A DNA stretch of 64,000 nucleotides from Mustelus asterias (GCF_964213995.1 NC_135803.1:10044001-10108000); one strand, 5' to 3'; counted from the first letter of the stretch, positions 47,728 to 60,332 are shown. The notes: a model not told the origin generated them from the letters alone. Made by a program: numbers and translations.

Positions 47728-50700
47728 ATTCAATAAGATGATGGCTGATCTGTTTGTATTGTCAAGTTAGTCTGGTTCCAGCAGTCAGCTACATGTGTCA
47801 AGACTTTTTGTTGGGGTTTGCACTGCAGTTTGCACTTTTAAGAAATCCGTTTTTCAAGCCGGGGGAAACAATTCCCACTACTCCCTGTTTTTCTGTCTGT
47901 CACTCAAATTCATATCCAAGCTGCCACAGTCAGTATAGTCACTTAAATGCTAATTTGTCGGTTATGTGGTATGCTATCGAAAGCATGTTTATTGTCCATT
48001 CAGAAGATGTTAACTATACGGCTCTGAATGATCTCTTGTTTTGCCTCATCAAAGAAATCAGCTCAATCAGTCAGACGTGATTTGATGTTACTATATCGGT
48101 GCTGATCTTTGTTGCCTTGCTTATATTTTTCCAAATCGCAGTTAATTTTGTTTCAGATTCTTTTCCCTCAAAATATCCGCAACAAATATATTACCGCGGT
48201 TGTCGCTTTATCCTTACTCCCATTTTAATCAAGGATGGAAATTTAACAATCTTCAGATACTTCGCACCGCATCCATATCTAAGGAGGATTGGCAAATTGT
48301 GTTTAAGAGTCTCCACTGTTTCAATCCTTTCTTCCCTCAGAGTGCTTGGATGCATCACAACCCAACCGACTGATTTCTCCAGTGGACGTACTGCCTGCAA
48401 TTAAGAGTCTCCTCTTTATCTATTTTAACCAGCGTGATAGCTTAATTCTCCTTCGAAGCTCCATTGGCACAATCACCTTCTCCAGGGAAGTCAGGTCAGT
48501 GTATCGATTTATATATCGCCGATGCTTTCTACGCCCACAAGAAGAGCTCATTCTCAGTGCTTAACAATCTGGGGGTGGAGGGCCTGGGGGAAATGGGTGT
48601 CGGGAGTATCCCACATGGCAGGGTGTATTATGGAACGTGATGATGTCGCGCGCATTCATGACGTCAACACGCCAATTTCCGGTAGTACGGCAGGCGACAG
48701 GGTCAGAAAGTCAGAAGTGTCAAGTTCAAAGTTAATTCATTAATTAACTGAACGCCTCACTACAATAATATCGTCAAATGGCAATAAGACACCGTCAGGG
48801 CAACGTTTACGACAGGTAGGAATTCGTTCTTTTTAAGGCCAAGTTTTTATTTTGGGCGGGATTTACAACTGTAGCTGAGACCAGAGCCCCAGACTCTGCT
48901 CACTGTAGGGACGGTTCATCAGAGTGGACACAGGAAGCTTTTGGACATTTTTCATGAGAAGACGCCTCTGGTTCAGACAGCTCCTTGACAGAATATTTTT
49001 CTGTGCGTTATCGCAGGGTGAGGGGTGAAAGGTGTCTGAAACAAATTGGGATTGTTGTCTCAATTGGAGCCAAAACCTCCAGTGAGGAGGAATGAAGAAT
49101 TGGGAGGTGGAGGAGGAGAAGGATTAGGAAGTGGAGGAGAGGGGTGAGGGGAAGAAGGGAACATTCGGAGTCTCAGGGTGCAGTTGTTCCTGTCGAGGGG
49201 GAAAGAGCTGCACCATACCCCGATGGTTGCAGGCGAACTTATTTCACCACAAGGATTTACAAGCAGAGACCTAGCTACCTGCGACGGTTCCCATTAGATC
49301 GTTGAATCTTTTGTAGCATTAATACCCAAGTCCTCATCATCACCTCAACACTGTTGACCTCGTCGGCCATCTCCTCCCATGCAGCATGAGTCTGCCTGAG
49401 CATCCTCATCTTCCCAGTGTCCAACATAAGCTAGTGACACCTGTTATGTATTGCATGCAAGAGCACACCAGGGCAGTCTCACCGAATCTGGGGGCAGCAA
49501 TGCCCATTTCGAACACATCTCCCTTCACTCCGATGGCACAAACATCTATGCATGGAAAAATGTAACAAATGTTCAACTCCCTAAAGCCAAAACGTGGGAG
49601 ACTTGCAGAATTTGAGAACTTCCACTACCCATGAAGTTGGCATGGTTAGCTAAAATGTAAAGTAAAATCAGAAAAGGCTGGGAAGTACAGGCCTGACGAG
49701 ACCTTTGGAGCGAGAAACGGAGTCAAAGTTTTGAGTCCATATAACTCTTCTTCAGAGCTGAAGACAGGTAGAGCTTTGAGAAAGGGTCTTGTGCACTCGA
49801 AACGTCAGCTCTTTTCTCTCCTTATAGATGCTACCAGACCTGCTGAGATTTTCCAGCATTTTCTCTTTTGGTTAGATAGAGCTGCGTTGGGTTTTATACT
49901 GTTTTTGAGAGCGTGGTGGAGCAGGTGCACAAAAATAGATGGTCGGTGATAAGGGAACTCAGGAGAGAGTTGACAAAGATGCCATGGACACAAGCCAAAG
50001 GGTCTGACGATGCATAAAAGGCCACCAGTGAATGATCTTGGCCCCTATTTGACTGCACTCTCCCTTTGACTATCCTTTTGCTATTGATATGGTTTTAAAA
50101 GACGCTTAGTTATGTTCAATGTTAGCCATCAATTTATTCTCATACTCGCTCGCTCTGCCGTCTAATTTCAGTTTACAAACCTCCATATTTCAATGTTCTG
50201 CTTGACTCTCGATTGCATTATGAAATCGACATGTGTCATAAGAGTATTTTTTCCTGTCTCATTCTAATATCTCTGCCTTTTGCCATCCAGTGAACTCGAA
50301 ATTTCGACATACCTCCTCCGCGCATTCGACCCCCCACCCCCCGCTCCCCGCCCCGCCAACACCACCACTACTACCGTGCCACCCGCTCCAACAAGCAGTG
50401 GCACACAGAATGAACAATGCATGTCCCTCGAACTCCAGATGGCCCATATAAGTGTGGCACTTCGGTATATGATTGATCCAAGAATGCAAATTAAGAGTTT
50501 TGCATTGATATTGCGCCTTTCACTACCGCTGGATTTCGCAAATCTGTAGCTTTGATTTTTTTTATTCATTGTGAGACATGGGCGTCACTGGCTGGCCAGC
50601 ATTTATTGCCCATTTCTAGTTGCTCTTGAATTGAGTGGCTTGCTCGGCCATTTCAGAGGGCAGTTGAGAGTCAACCACATTGCTATGGTTCTGGAGTCAC

Positions 50701-51385
50701 ATGTAGGCCAGAGCAGGTAAGGATGGCAGATTTCCTTCCCTGAAATATATGAGTGAACCAAATGTGTTCGTACAACAATCGACAATGGTTTCGTGGTCAA
50801 CAGTAGGTGATGTTCTAATCTAGGAAAGATGGCAGAACAAGGTTTCAGAAACAAAAATGTGATAGTGACATTGATTTAAAAAATAATGTTGCTCAGGACG
50901 CCGGAAGAATGCCATTCCTTATGAATGAAATACAACAATGGCATATTTTAAGAGTGGGGGGGGGGGGGGGCGGGGCGGGGAGGGTACAGAATGAAACCTG
51001 ATTTAACTTCTCATTCAAAACATGGTACCTCCATTAAAGAAGCATTCCCTCAGAGCTACACTACGACATCAACATTGTTGAGTTAAGCTCTCTCGAGAGG
51101 TTCTTTATTCCCAACGTTCCGACTGAAGTGAAAGCGCCACCCGCTCACCACTACTGATAACTTAATGCTACCTCACACTAATCACTCCAGCATAATATTG
51201 AAGAAAAAGATTCGAGCTAATAAAGAAAAGATGTTAAGTCACTCTGAGAAGGCAAAAGAATAATAGTCAGCAGCCAAAAAGGCCTTGCCGATTTAACTAC
51301 ATATCCTGGCTTTTAATTGAATGCAAGCCAATGTTCCTTGACACAAAGAGCTTCCTGGACATAGATTAAATAGAAGCGAAACAAA

Positions 51386-51391
51386 TTTATT
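51386..51391 (-). promoter_or_regulatory. Candidate distal poly(A) signal of gene D
   Basis: First canonical AATAAA I found downstream of the stop. Homologous to gene B 21021-21026. Confidence 0.4.
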
Positions 51392-51690
51392 CAAAGGGGC
51401 GGAATTGTTTTTCAGCAAATTACATCCATTTCAAAGAAAAATTAAATCCATGTTTTACAATTGAGGTCTGATGAGTCTAGCATAGAGGAAGCTCTGTTGT
51501 GTTTTGCGTCCCTCTACGATTATCTCCCCTCGCTTTACCCTCCCTCCCACACGTCCGCCTCTGCCTCTGTCCCAAGCACATTCCGACTGTGAAATAGACG
51601 TTAAAGTGACGACTGATTTGAGTACAAGCAGCCACAAAGTTACATTTGTCCAGAGTGAAATTCGGACATTTTACAAGCACTTTGTAGCAC

Positions 51691-52388
51691 GGGCGGCACG
51701 TTAGCACAGTTGTTAGCACTGCTGCTTCACAGCTCCAGCGACCTGGGTTCGATCCCCGGCTTGGGTCATAGAAATCATAGAAACCCTACAGTGCAGAAGG
51801 AGGCCATTTGGCCCATCGAGTCTGCACCGACCACAATCCCACCCAGGCCCTACCCCCACATATTTTACCCGCTAATCCCTCTAACCTACGCATCCCAGGA
51901 CTCTAAGGGGCAATTTTTTTTTTAACCTGGCCAATCAACCTAACCCGCACATCTTTGGACTGTGGGAGGAAACTGGAGCACCCGGAGGAAACCCACGCAG
52001 ACACGAGGAGAATGTGCAAACTCCACACAGACAGTGACCCGAGCCGGGAATCGAACCTGGAACCCTGGAGCTGTGAAGCAGCAGTGCTAACCACTGTGCT
52101 ACCGTGCCGCCCCCACGGGTCACTGTCTGCGTGGAGTTTGCACATTCTCCTCGTGTCTGCGTGGGTTTCCTCCAGGTGCTCTGGCTTCCTCCCACAGTCC
52201 AAAGATGTGCGGGTTAGGTTGATTGGCCATGCTAAAATTGCACTTAGTGTCCTGAGATGCGTAGGTTAGAGGGATTAGTGGGTAAAAATATGTAGGGGTA
52301 TGGGGTTAGGGCCTGGGTGGGATTGTGGTCGGTGCAGACTCGATGGGCCGAATGGCCTCTTTCTGGGCTGTAGGGATTCTATGATTCT
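51691..52388. mobile_element. HE1-like SINE (+) with a second full HE1 SINE (-, about 51769-52113) nested inside, in gene D 3' UTR
   Basis: Outer TSD CTTTGTAG. The inner insertion duplicates GGGTCA. Genes A and B have the empty site. Confidence 0.9.
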
Positions 52389-52502
52389 TTGTAGTTTATC
52401 CCAATGTTCAAACTCGTAACATTAAAATAACGATAACAGCATTTACTACGAGTCAAGACATTTGCTTCAGCAAGGTTGCATTACAAAGCCTTGGAGACAG
52501 AA

Positions 52503-53416
52503 TTAAAGATTCTTGGAAGCCATTTTCTCCATTATATGCTTCTTGGTGTTCATTTCTTTTTTCAGCAGGATAATGTGGCATTTGGGAGCAAAAATACAGA
52601 AAACCAGGCCAAAACTGGATGCCAAAATCGCAAACACTTCCACAGCTACGGTATATTTACCTGGGGAACTTATATAGGCTGGAATGAAAGTTATCCAGAC
52701 AGCGCAGAAGATAATCATGCTAAACGTGATGTGTTTAGCTTCATTGAAATTGTTTGGAAGTTGTCGAGCTAGAAATGCCACCACAAAACACACACAAGAC
52801 AGAAATCCAATATAGCCAAGCACACAATAAAAGGCTATCGGCGAACCTACATTGCATTCAAAAACAATGATTTCCTTAAAATAATCACTGTTCATAAGAG
52901 GATAAGGAGGTGATATTCTTAGCCAAAGCGTGCATATTAAACATTGCACTAATGTAAGTGCACAAACAGAAAGGCGTTGCTGAACAGGCCCAAACCACCT
53001 CATCTTGTTACTGCCTGGAAGAATTGCACTAAATGCCATCACCACAACAACTGTTTTGCTCAAAACGCAAGAAATGCAAAGAACAAAAATGATGCCAAAT
53101 GCTGTGTGACGTAACACACAAGACCAGGGGGAAGGTTCTCCAATGAATGTAATCGAACACAGGAAACACAGAATCAATGCAAAAAGAAGCAGGAAACTCA
53201 ACTCCGAGTTGTTAGCTTTAACGATAGGAGTATCTCTGTACGCATAAAACAACACAAATACACCGATCGTTAGACAGGCTCCAAACAGTGCTAATGTCAA
53301 CAAAATAATTCCCATCAGTTCGCCAAAAGAAAGAAATTCAATCTCCTTCAATATGCACTTGTCTCGTTGTCGGTTCGAGCGGTATTCCCATGGGCATTTC
53401 ATGCAATCTGGAGAAT
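52503..53416 (-). CDS. V2R/OlfC gene D, exon 6 (7TM); joined CDS 871 aa
   Basis: 914 bp open to TAA, ending MEKMASKNL. Confidence 0.95.
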
Positions 53417-53703
53417 CTGAAAGAAACATAAATACATAGAAACTAAAACTAGCAAGAAAGAAAACTCTATTTGCACTAAATAATACAATTATTAAAAATC
53501 CCAGCGGTGAAATTTCCCCTCCTCTTACTTTGTTAGTAACACAGCAAATTAAGCAATAATTTGTTTAATGTCTGCGTTTCGAGGGAAAAAAACAAACATC
53601 TGAAAAATGTTCCTTCGCGCGATGCCCTTTCATTGAAAAATCAGAGGGAAACAGTTCTCACCAAGCACAGAGCCACACAATGCAATTCCCCCCTTGTCTG
53701 TAC

Positions 53704-53827
53704 CTGTGCTGTTGCTAATTTCTCCATCAGCGCATTTTATGCAGTCAAAGCAGCAAATGGGTTGTCCTTTCCTTGTGGCTTTTCTCGAACCATGTGGGCA
53801 ACTTTCGGAGCAAACTGCTCTTGGAAC
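53704..53827 (-). CDS. V2R/OlfC gene D, exon 5
   Basis: 124 bp encoding [29 protein letters not shown]. Confidence 0.93.
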
Positions 53828-54126
53828 CTTATTATAAAGAAGATAGAGTCACTTTATTATTTATCCCGCGATATTTCGAAGTTCGCTCCAATATTTAAGG
53901 AAAGTGAAAGGGAGATTTCAGGAAATTCTAGGCGTGTTAACGTACTAATTAGTAACAGAAAGACTGGGCACTTGGGGGCATTTCAGATGACTGGAGTGAC
54001 CAATTGTGGATTTGTGGAAGGTAGGTCATCTCTCACCAGCCAACTGAAATGTTAGCGAAATTAAAGTCGAACTCGGGAAAATGAAATAACAAAAATAAAA
54101 CTAATAGCATTTTGAACTTTAGAATT

Positions 54127-54424
54127 TAAAGTTTATTTATTAATCACAAGTAGGCTTACATTCACACTGCAATGAAGTTACTGTGAAAATCCCCCAGTCG
54201 CCACACTCCGGCGCCTGTTTGTGTACACTAAGGGAGAATTTAGCATGGCCACGGTACCAAACCAGCAAATCTTCTGGACTGTGGTCGAAACTGGAGCACC
54301 CGGAGGAAACCCACACAGACACAGCGAGAATGTGCAAACTCCATACAATGACCCTAGCCGGGAATCGAACACAGGTCCCTGGCGCTCTGAGGAAGCAGTG
54401 CGAACCACTGTGCCACCGTGCCGT
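54127..54424 (-). mobile_element. V-SINE type B, gene D intron 4
   Basis: Head plus B tail. Confidence 0.85.
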
Positions 54425-55369
54425 CATGAGCGAGAATGGAAGGCAGGGATGTTTCTCAACAATTATAAAAGCCATTGTTAGACTGCATCTGGCAGCTGTG
54501 TCCAGTCCTGGCCCTGCACCTTAGAAAGGATGTACTTAGACGTGGAAAGGATGCAGCACATTAGATTGTGCGGAGAGATGATAGAAACTCAGATTATATT
54601 CCCTAAAACAAAGGGAGTTTGATTATAGTTCTGGGAGTTTTAATGGAATTGCTCAGGTTGGTGTGTGTGTGTGGGCGGGGGGCGGGGGGGGGGGGGGGGG
54701 GGGGGACGTTTCTGCTGGTAAGGCAATCTCAAATATTAGTTTAAATCCCGCTTCGGCAGCGGAGGAGTTTAACTCCAGTTAATAAGCAAATCAATAATAA
54801 AAGCCAATATGCGAACAGTGATCATGTAACTACCAGATTTGTGAGTAAATCTGTACGTCACATTTTCCTTGCAGGGAAGGAACACGACGTTCCTTACCCG
54901 GTTTTGCTGCAATGTATCTCCAGGCTCACATCAATGTGGTAGACCCTTAACTGCCCGCTAAAATTGCGAGCAAGCCCTTATATTAAGGGCAATTAGATTT
55001 GGACCATAAATGCCCCTGTTCCAGTCACGCCCCAATCCAGGAAAGGGAGAAAAATGCGAGGCATAAACGCACAGGCAGACCATTCAGGGGAGAATTCAGG
55101 GCATAGTTATTCACGGAAAGGATGGTGTCAGTGAAACTCTGTCCGACAGATTGAGATAGATGCAACGCTAATACTGTTAAATGTGAGATCCATAAGATTT
55201 TGATTCACGAGTCATTCTCTAAATATCACTAGACAGCTAAAATTGCCGAAGAGAGCATGCATACTGAAGCACTTGATTTCAGTACAATTACATTTAGGAA
55301 GGTGCAAGACTGCTATTTTCGATCTTATCTACGCTATTCGGCGCATTGTTGCATCTTTATCGTGGGGAT

Positions 55370-55690
55370 CGGTGGCACAGTGCTTCGCACTGCTGCCTCA
55401 CAGCGCCAAGGACCTGGGTTCAATTCCCGGCTTGGATTACCGTCTGTGTAGAGTCTATCCGTTCTCCCCATGTCTGCGTGAGTTTCCTCCGAGTGCCCCG
55501 TTTTCCTCCCATAATGCAAAGATGTGTGGGTTAGGTTGATTGGCCGTGCTAAATTGCCCCTTAGTGTCAGGGGGACTCGTTGGGTAAATGCGTGGGGTTA
55601 TAGGGATAGGTCCTGGGTGGGATTGTGATCGGTGCAGACTCGATGGGCCGAATGGCCTCCTTCTGCACCGTAGGGATTCTATGATTCTAT
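55370..55690 (+). mobile_element. HE1-like SINE abutting gene D exon 4 donor
   Basis: Tail GATTCTATGATTCTAT ends 9 nt from the exon. Confidence 0.87.
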
Positions 55691-55699
55691 TGTCCCTAC

Positions 55700-55927
55700 C
55701 GCAATCTGACCTCCATTCCATACAATTGCTTCGTCCTTTATCACAAATTCCTGGCCTGGGGGAGCCGATCGGTCATAGACTCCAACACCTACAATATCCA
55801 CTCCGCCAGCGGAATTGGGCTGCCAGTTTACGATATCATATGTGGCCACCGGGTCTCCATTTTCATCAAAATAGATATTTTCACCGATCTTGGTAGTGAA
55901 ATTGACTGTTTTCATATAATGCAGAAG
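55700..55927 (-). CDS. V2R/OlfC gene D, exon 4
   Basis: 228 bp, donor GCG|GTAGGG. Confidence 0.94.
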
Positions 55928-56082
55928 CTTTGAAATAGAATCAAGAAAGTAGAATTTAACAACATTTTGTTTGGAAGAAACTTGAGACTTTTAATATCGC
56001 TTTTATTTCCAATAAGAACTTAAACAGTTTATAGATATACTAATTTTAAATTATCCGACCGTGTAAAAATTGACCCTCTTAC

Positions 56083-56916
56083 CTGCCAAGGTTGAAAACT
56101 TGAGATATTTGCACAATCTTTTTGGGGAAATGGTCCGTTGCCATTTTCACACGACAGCATATTGTGAAGAGCGTGGGCTATTGCGTACGTAGCTTTATAT
56201 ACATTGTAAGTAACTCTGTACTGCGAAACATCAGTAAATTCATTGTGTACTGTTTGTAAATCCTCTCCTCCGGTGCACTCTTTAAACAAGGCAGGTTGCA
56301 CTTGATCTGTTTTGTTCGCTGTACTCATCAGCGTACAGCCAAAGGTTGATTCCCAAAACTCCTTCACTAAAAGGTTGCCTGGATATAGAGAAGGATGGAC
56401 ATCCATGAGAAATTCTCTCAGTCCTGGTATATCGACCTGGCGAATTGCGACTCCGAGTGTGCCAGAGACAAATCGTCTGCTTTCTTCCTGAGGTAGAAAT
56501 TGCGTGGATACCCAAGCCTCGCTTCCTATCCATTGCACACCCGTCACGTTCTGTCGTACAATCTCATTCAGTAAAACTGTCATTTCCGCAGGCGCAACGA
56601 ACGCCACAACTATTTTAGTGGAAGATTTCTTTACAGCATCTACGATTCTCAGTAACTTGTCTCTGGGGTCTGTTCTGTGAATGGATTCGGAGAAAGCAAT
56701 GCAAACACCTAATTGTTGGACGGCTTCGGTGAAAGCTTGCATCCCAAAATTACCGTAATCATCGTTGTTTTTGATCGTCCCGATCCATGTCCAACCAAAG
56801 CGCTTTACGAGTTGGGCTAAGGCTCTCGCCTGGAAATAGTCGCTTGGTATGGTTCTGAAAAATGATGGATATTTCTTCCTGTTACTCAGGCATGCGCAGG
56901 TGGAAAAGTAGCTGAC
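56083..56916 (-). CDS. V2R/OlfC gene D, exon 3
   Basis: 834 bp open, 1 aa difference from gene B exon 3. Confidence 0.96.
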
Positions 56917-57354
56917 CTGTGGAGAATTCAAATGGAAGCATGTTAAATTTCACTCTGAGGACAATGATAATTCTTCATTGACTTCCCAGTAAATGGTGGA
57001 AATATTCAAGTCAGGCTGCATCTGTGGAAGAAAGTGTTATGGTTACATAATGCCCCTCGTGAGGGGTGAAAATTGTAACATTAACTTAGATTTACTCTTT
57101 TTCTGAGAGTTTCCATACTCTGTACACTCTGGAGTGAAACCAGGGGTATACGGCTTCAGTTACATGGACAATGTTGGCCGGATTTTCCGGCAGCGCTCGC
57201 CGTGAAACCGGAAAATCCCACCCGAGGTCAACCGTGCTCCGCCCCTCGTCCGATCCGACTCGCGTGGCCGGGCGGAAGGGTGGATTTGTCAGGAGGTTTC
57301 CGAGAGAAGATGAGCAAATAATTTGCTGTCTACACAGACGGTAATACACAACAC

Positions 57355-57645
57355 CGTGGCACAGTGGTTAGCACTGCTGCTTCAAAGCGCCAGGGTTCGA
57401 TTCTGGGTTTGAGTCATTGTCTGTGGGGAGTCAGCACGTTCTCCCCGTGTCTGCGTGTGTTTCCTCAGCGTGCTTAGGTTTCCTCTTACAGTCCGAAAGA
57501 CGTGCTGGTTAGGTGCATTGGCTATGCTAAATTCTCTCCCTCAGTGTACCCGAATAGGCACCGGAGTGGGGCCACTAGGGGAATCGCACTGTAATTTCAT
57601 TGCAATGTTAATATAAGCCTACTTGTGACACTAACAAATAAACTT
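57355..57645 (+). mobile_element. V-SINE type B
   Basis: Head plus B tail. Confidence 0.83.
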
Positions 57646-58022
57646 AAAAACGGTTATAATGGGAAACATTGAACGGTCTTGGGCAAACAGCATCTCCAAA
57701 AAAAGGTCGATTCATTTTTTTCCATGTGGCATGATTCCATGATTGAAATATCTGCCATCATTTATATCGCCTTTGTTCCTTCTTTTGGCTTGAATTTGGT
57801 CGTGTAAATTGAATTAAGGGAACAGCAACTTACCTCCAAGTTTACTGGTTCACTACTGAACCAGGTTCTTCATCAAATTTAATTGGAATGTTTCCCAATG
57901 TGAAAGAGCAATGCACCAGAATCAGAATAAATGAAGCTGGAGCCAATAGGGCAGAGGGAATGAAAGGCAAAAATATCACACCAGCGAATCGATGAAATTA
58001 AAACAAAATGCTGGAGTTCGAA

Positions 58023-58230
58023 AATAGAAACTGAAAGTTCCGCAAGAGCTCAGCAGGTCCGGCAGCGTCTGTGAAGCGAGAAACAGATTGTTTCAAGTCC
58101 AATGTGACTCTTCTTCGAAACTGTTCCGAAGTTGCAAAGAGTCATGTTAGCCTCGAAACTTTAATTTTGTTTCTCTGATCTCAGATGTTGCCTGTCCTGC
58201 AGAGTCTTTCCAGCACTTTCTGTTTCTATT
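58023..58230. mobile_element. Degenerate hairpin element of a second Penelope-like family (single arms at about 18720-18830, 33015-33110, 49775-49872, 63105-63187)
   Basis: Inverted arms AATAGAAACTGAAAG...CTCAGCAGGTCCGGCAGCGTCTG / CAGATGTTGCCTGTCCTGC...CTTTCTGTTTCTATT, with GAAGAGTCA...CTCGAAAC hammerhead-like remnants. Confidence 0.55.
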
Positions 58231-58287
58231 GCGAGCTAGTTGAGCTTTGCACAAGGGAGAGTGCGCGGAACGTGGTCCTGAGGAACC

Positions 58288-58605
58288 AGCATGGTGGCAC
58301 AGTGGTTAGCACTGCTGCCTCACAGCGCCAGGGAGCCAGGTTCAATTCCCAGCTTGGGTCACTATCTGTGAGGAGTTTGCTCGTACTCCCCATGTCTGCG
58401 TAGGTTTCCTCTGGGTGCACCGGTTTCTTCCCACATTCCAAAGGTGTGCGGGTTAGATGGATTGTCAATGCTGAATTGCCCCTTTGTGTCAGAGGAGACT
58501 AGCTAGGCTAAATGCATGTGATTATGAGGATAGGGCCTGTTTGGGATTGTGGTCGTTGCAGACTCGATGGCCCAAATGGCCTTCTTCTGCACTGTAGGAT
58601 TCTAC
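58288..58605 (+). mobile_element. HE1-like SINE (tail A)
   Basis: Head, V-domain and tail. Confidence 0.85.
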
Positions 58606-59575
58606 GAAACGGAGCAAATTTGATCAGAACCGGAAGTAACATCTGACCAGTGAATTTAGAAGCTGCCGTCTTGACTGGCCAGTATTTTTCAATCTACTTT
58701 CAGTTAAAAAAAATGTTCAGAATAGCATCGCTGATACCATTCGTTTAAAATATCTTTAAATGGAAGAAGCCATTTGTGAACATAGAATGTTACAGCAGAA
58801 ACACAGTCCACTCTGCCCAACCACTCAATTTTTCTTTCCTTCGCATTTCTTCACCCCCCGCCCCCCCCCCCCCCCGCCCCGCCCTCTCCCCGCACAATCA
58901 AGGTGCAATTCATTCCTTTGCCCCCATGAATTTGCCCAGCTCCTCCTAATGGAATGTGTGCTATTCACCTGCCCCCATTCCATGTGGTTGCGAACACTTG
59001 CCAATATTTGAGGAGTAAGGATTCCCTGAATTCTATCTTGGATTCACGAGTGACTATATTCTTTTTGTGGTACCTTGCTTTGGACTCTTCCACACAAGGA
59101 AGCATCTCTTGGTCAAAGCTAGTGAAGCCATTCTTAATCATAATGAATTCTCCCAAGTTACCCTTCAGCCTTCTCTCCCAGAGAGAAGAATCACAGTCTC
59201 CCCAGCCTTTCCTGATAGCATTGCAAAGTCAGGTAAACTGCGGGTCATTATTGTTAACCATTGCAATACCCTTTCCTGAGTCCTCTTTGCATTTAACCAT
59301 AATTTGGACTAAGTAAAAAGCACTGCTTAGCAATTTGGGGCATGTTTAGTTTCCTATTGATAATGCCGAGCCCAGTGTAGGTATTAATAATATTAGTTAG
59401 TTTGTAAATATATTTTCATCAAGAAATAGCTTCCATGAAATTCACGTTTAATGTGCATTGCGGCCTAATAACCCAACATTAAAAATAAATAAACTATCAC
59501 TTTGTCGGTAATTGTGGTGGTTTTAATTCAGCTATGCTCATTGATCTATATAACATACGTGGTTAGATATCTTAC

Positions 59576-59867
59576 CATAGGGATCCTGAATGGACCGATT
59601 AAGGTGGCCATTGCCACAGAAAGCGATGATGCAATATCGCCGACAATGGCAGGGACAGTCGAAGACATTGTGCAAGGAAAATTGGAAGACCTATCTTCAC
59701 CTCTGTTCAAAAACTCAAAAGTTAATTTCAGAGTTAAAGGCGGCATGGTACAAGTATCATAAATCCGGTAACCCAGTGTAACATTAGGAAGCAGCCCTGG
59801 ATTCTTGTTGATTTCTTCAATGGCGAAAATCATCGCCAGCACAAAGCGAAAACCCCTGGACCAAAAG
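59576..59867 (-). CDS. V2R/OlfC gene D, exon 2
   Basis: 292 bp with AG/GT boundaries. Encodes [22 protein letters not shown]...IVGDIASSLS. Confidence 0.95.
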
Positions 59868-60332
59868 CTGTAGAAAAGAAGACAATGCATTTTTGTCTGG
59901 ATGAAATTGGCAGTGATTGTTTTAATTTCACAGATCCGGTAATGTTGTCAATATTTTGCTTTCAAATACCAGCATTGCGTCCGAATTGATTATGTTGAAT
60001 GAGGAAACCATATTGATTTTGAAATATTGCACCCAAGAGCTTAACAATTCACTAAATGGCACAGTTAAAGATTCTGAAACTGCAATGCAAACCAAAAGTC
60101 AATAATGGAGTCGGTTACTTCGGCAGAAAGGCCTTTAAAAGGTAATATTCAGTCACAATCTTCTCATGCATTTTCGATGGCGAGGAGTTATTCTACAAGT
60201 ATATATCTAAATTGACATTTCTTTGCGAATCCTCTTTAAAGCCTGAAAAAGTTATGACTTCACTTCACCATTGCCATGTGACGAAAACCCAGTGGTGGGC
60301 TATTCGCTGCTAAAATAATAGGATTAGCACGT

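Larger units (their letters stand above)
48570..54490 (+). repeat. Direct segmental duplication with about 16000-23530 (3' half and flank of gene D versus gene B)
   Basis: Colinear flank, for example 48640-48960 with 16120-16460 and 50560-51460 with 20195-21100. The copies differ by lineage-specific insertions. Confidence 0.88.

Noticed and set aside
51691-51768. tRNA-like sequences with A and B boxes, many copies
   Set aside because: These are SINE heads continuing into the V-domain, not tRNA genes.
57036-57085. Small imperfect hairpin (CCCCTC-GT-GAGGGG core) near the gene D identity breakpoint
   Set aside because: It is short, imperfect and single-copy, so it could arise by chance.
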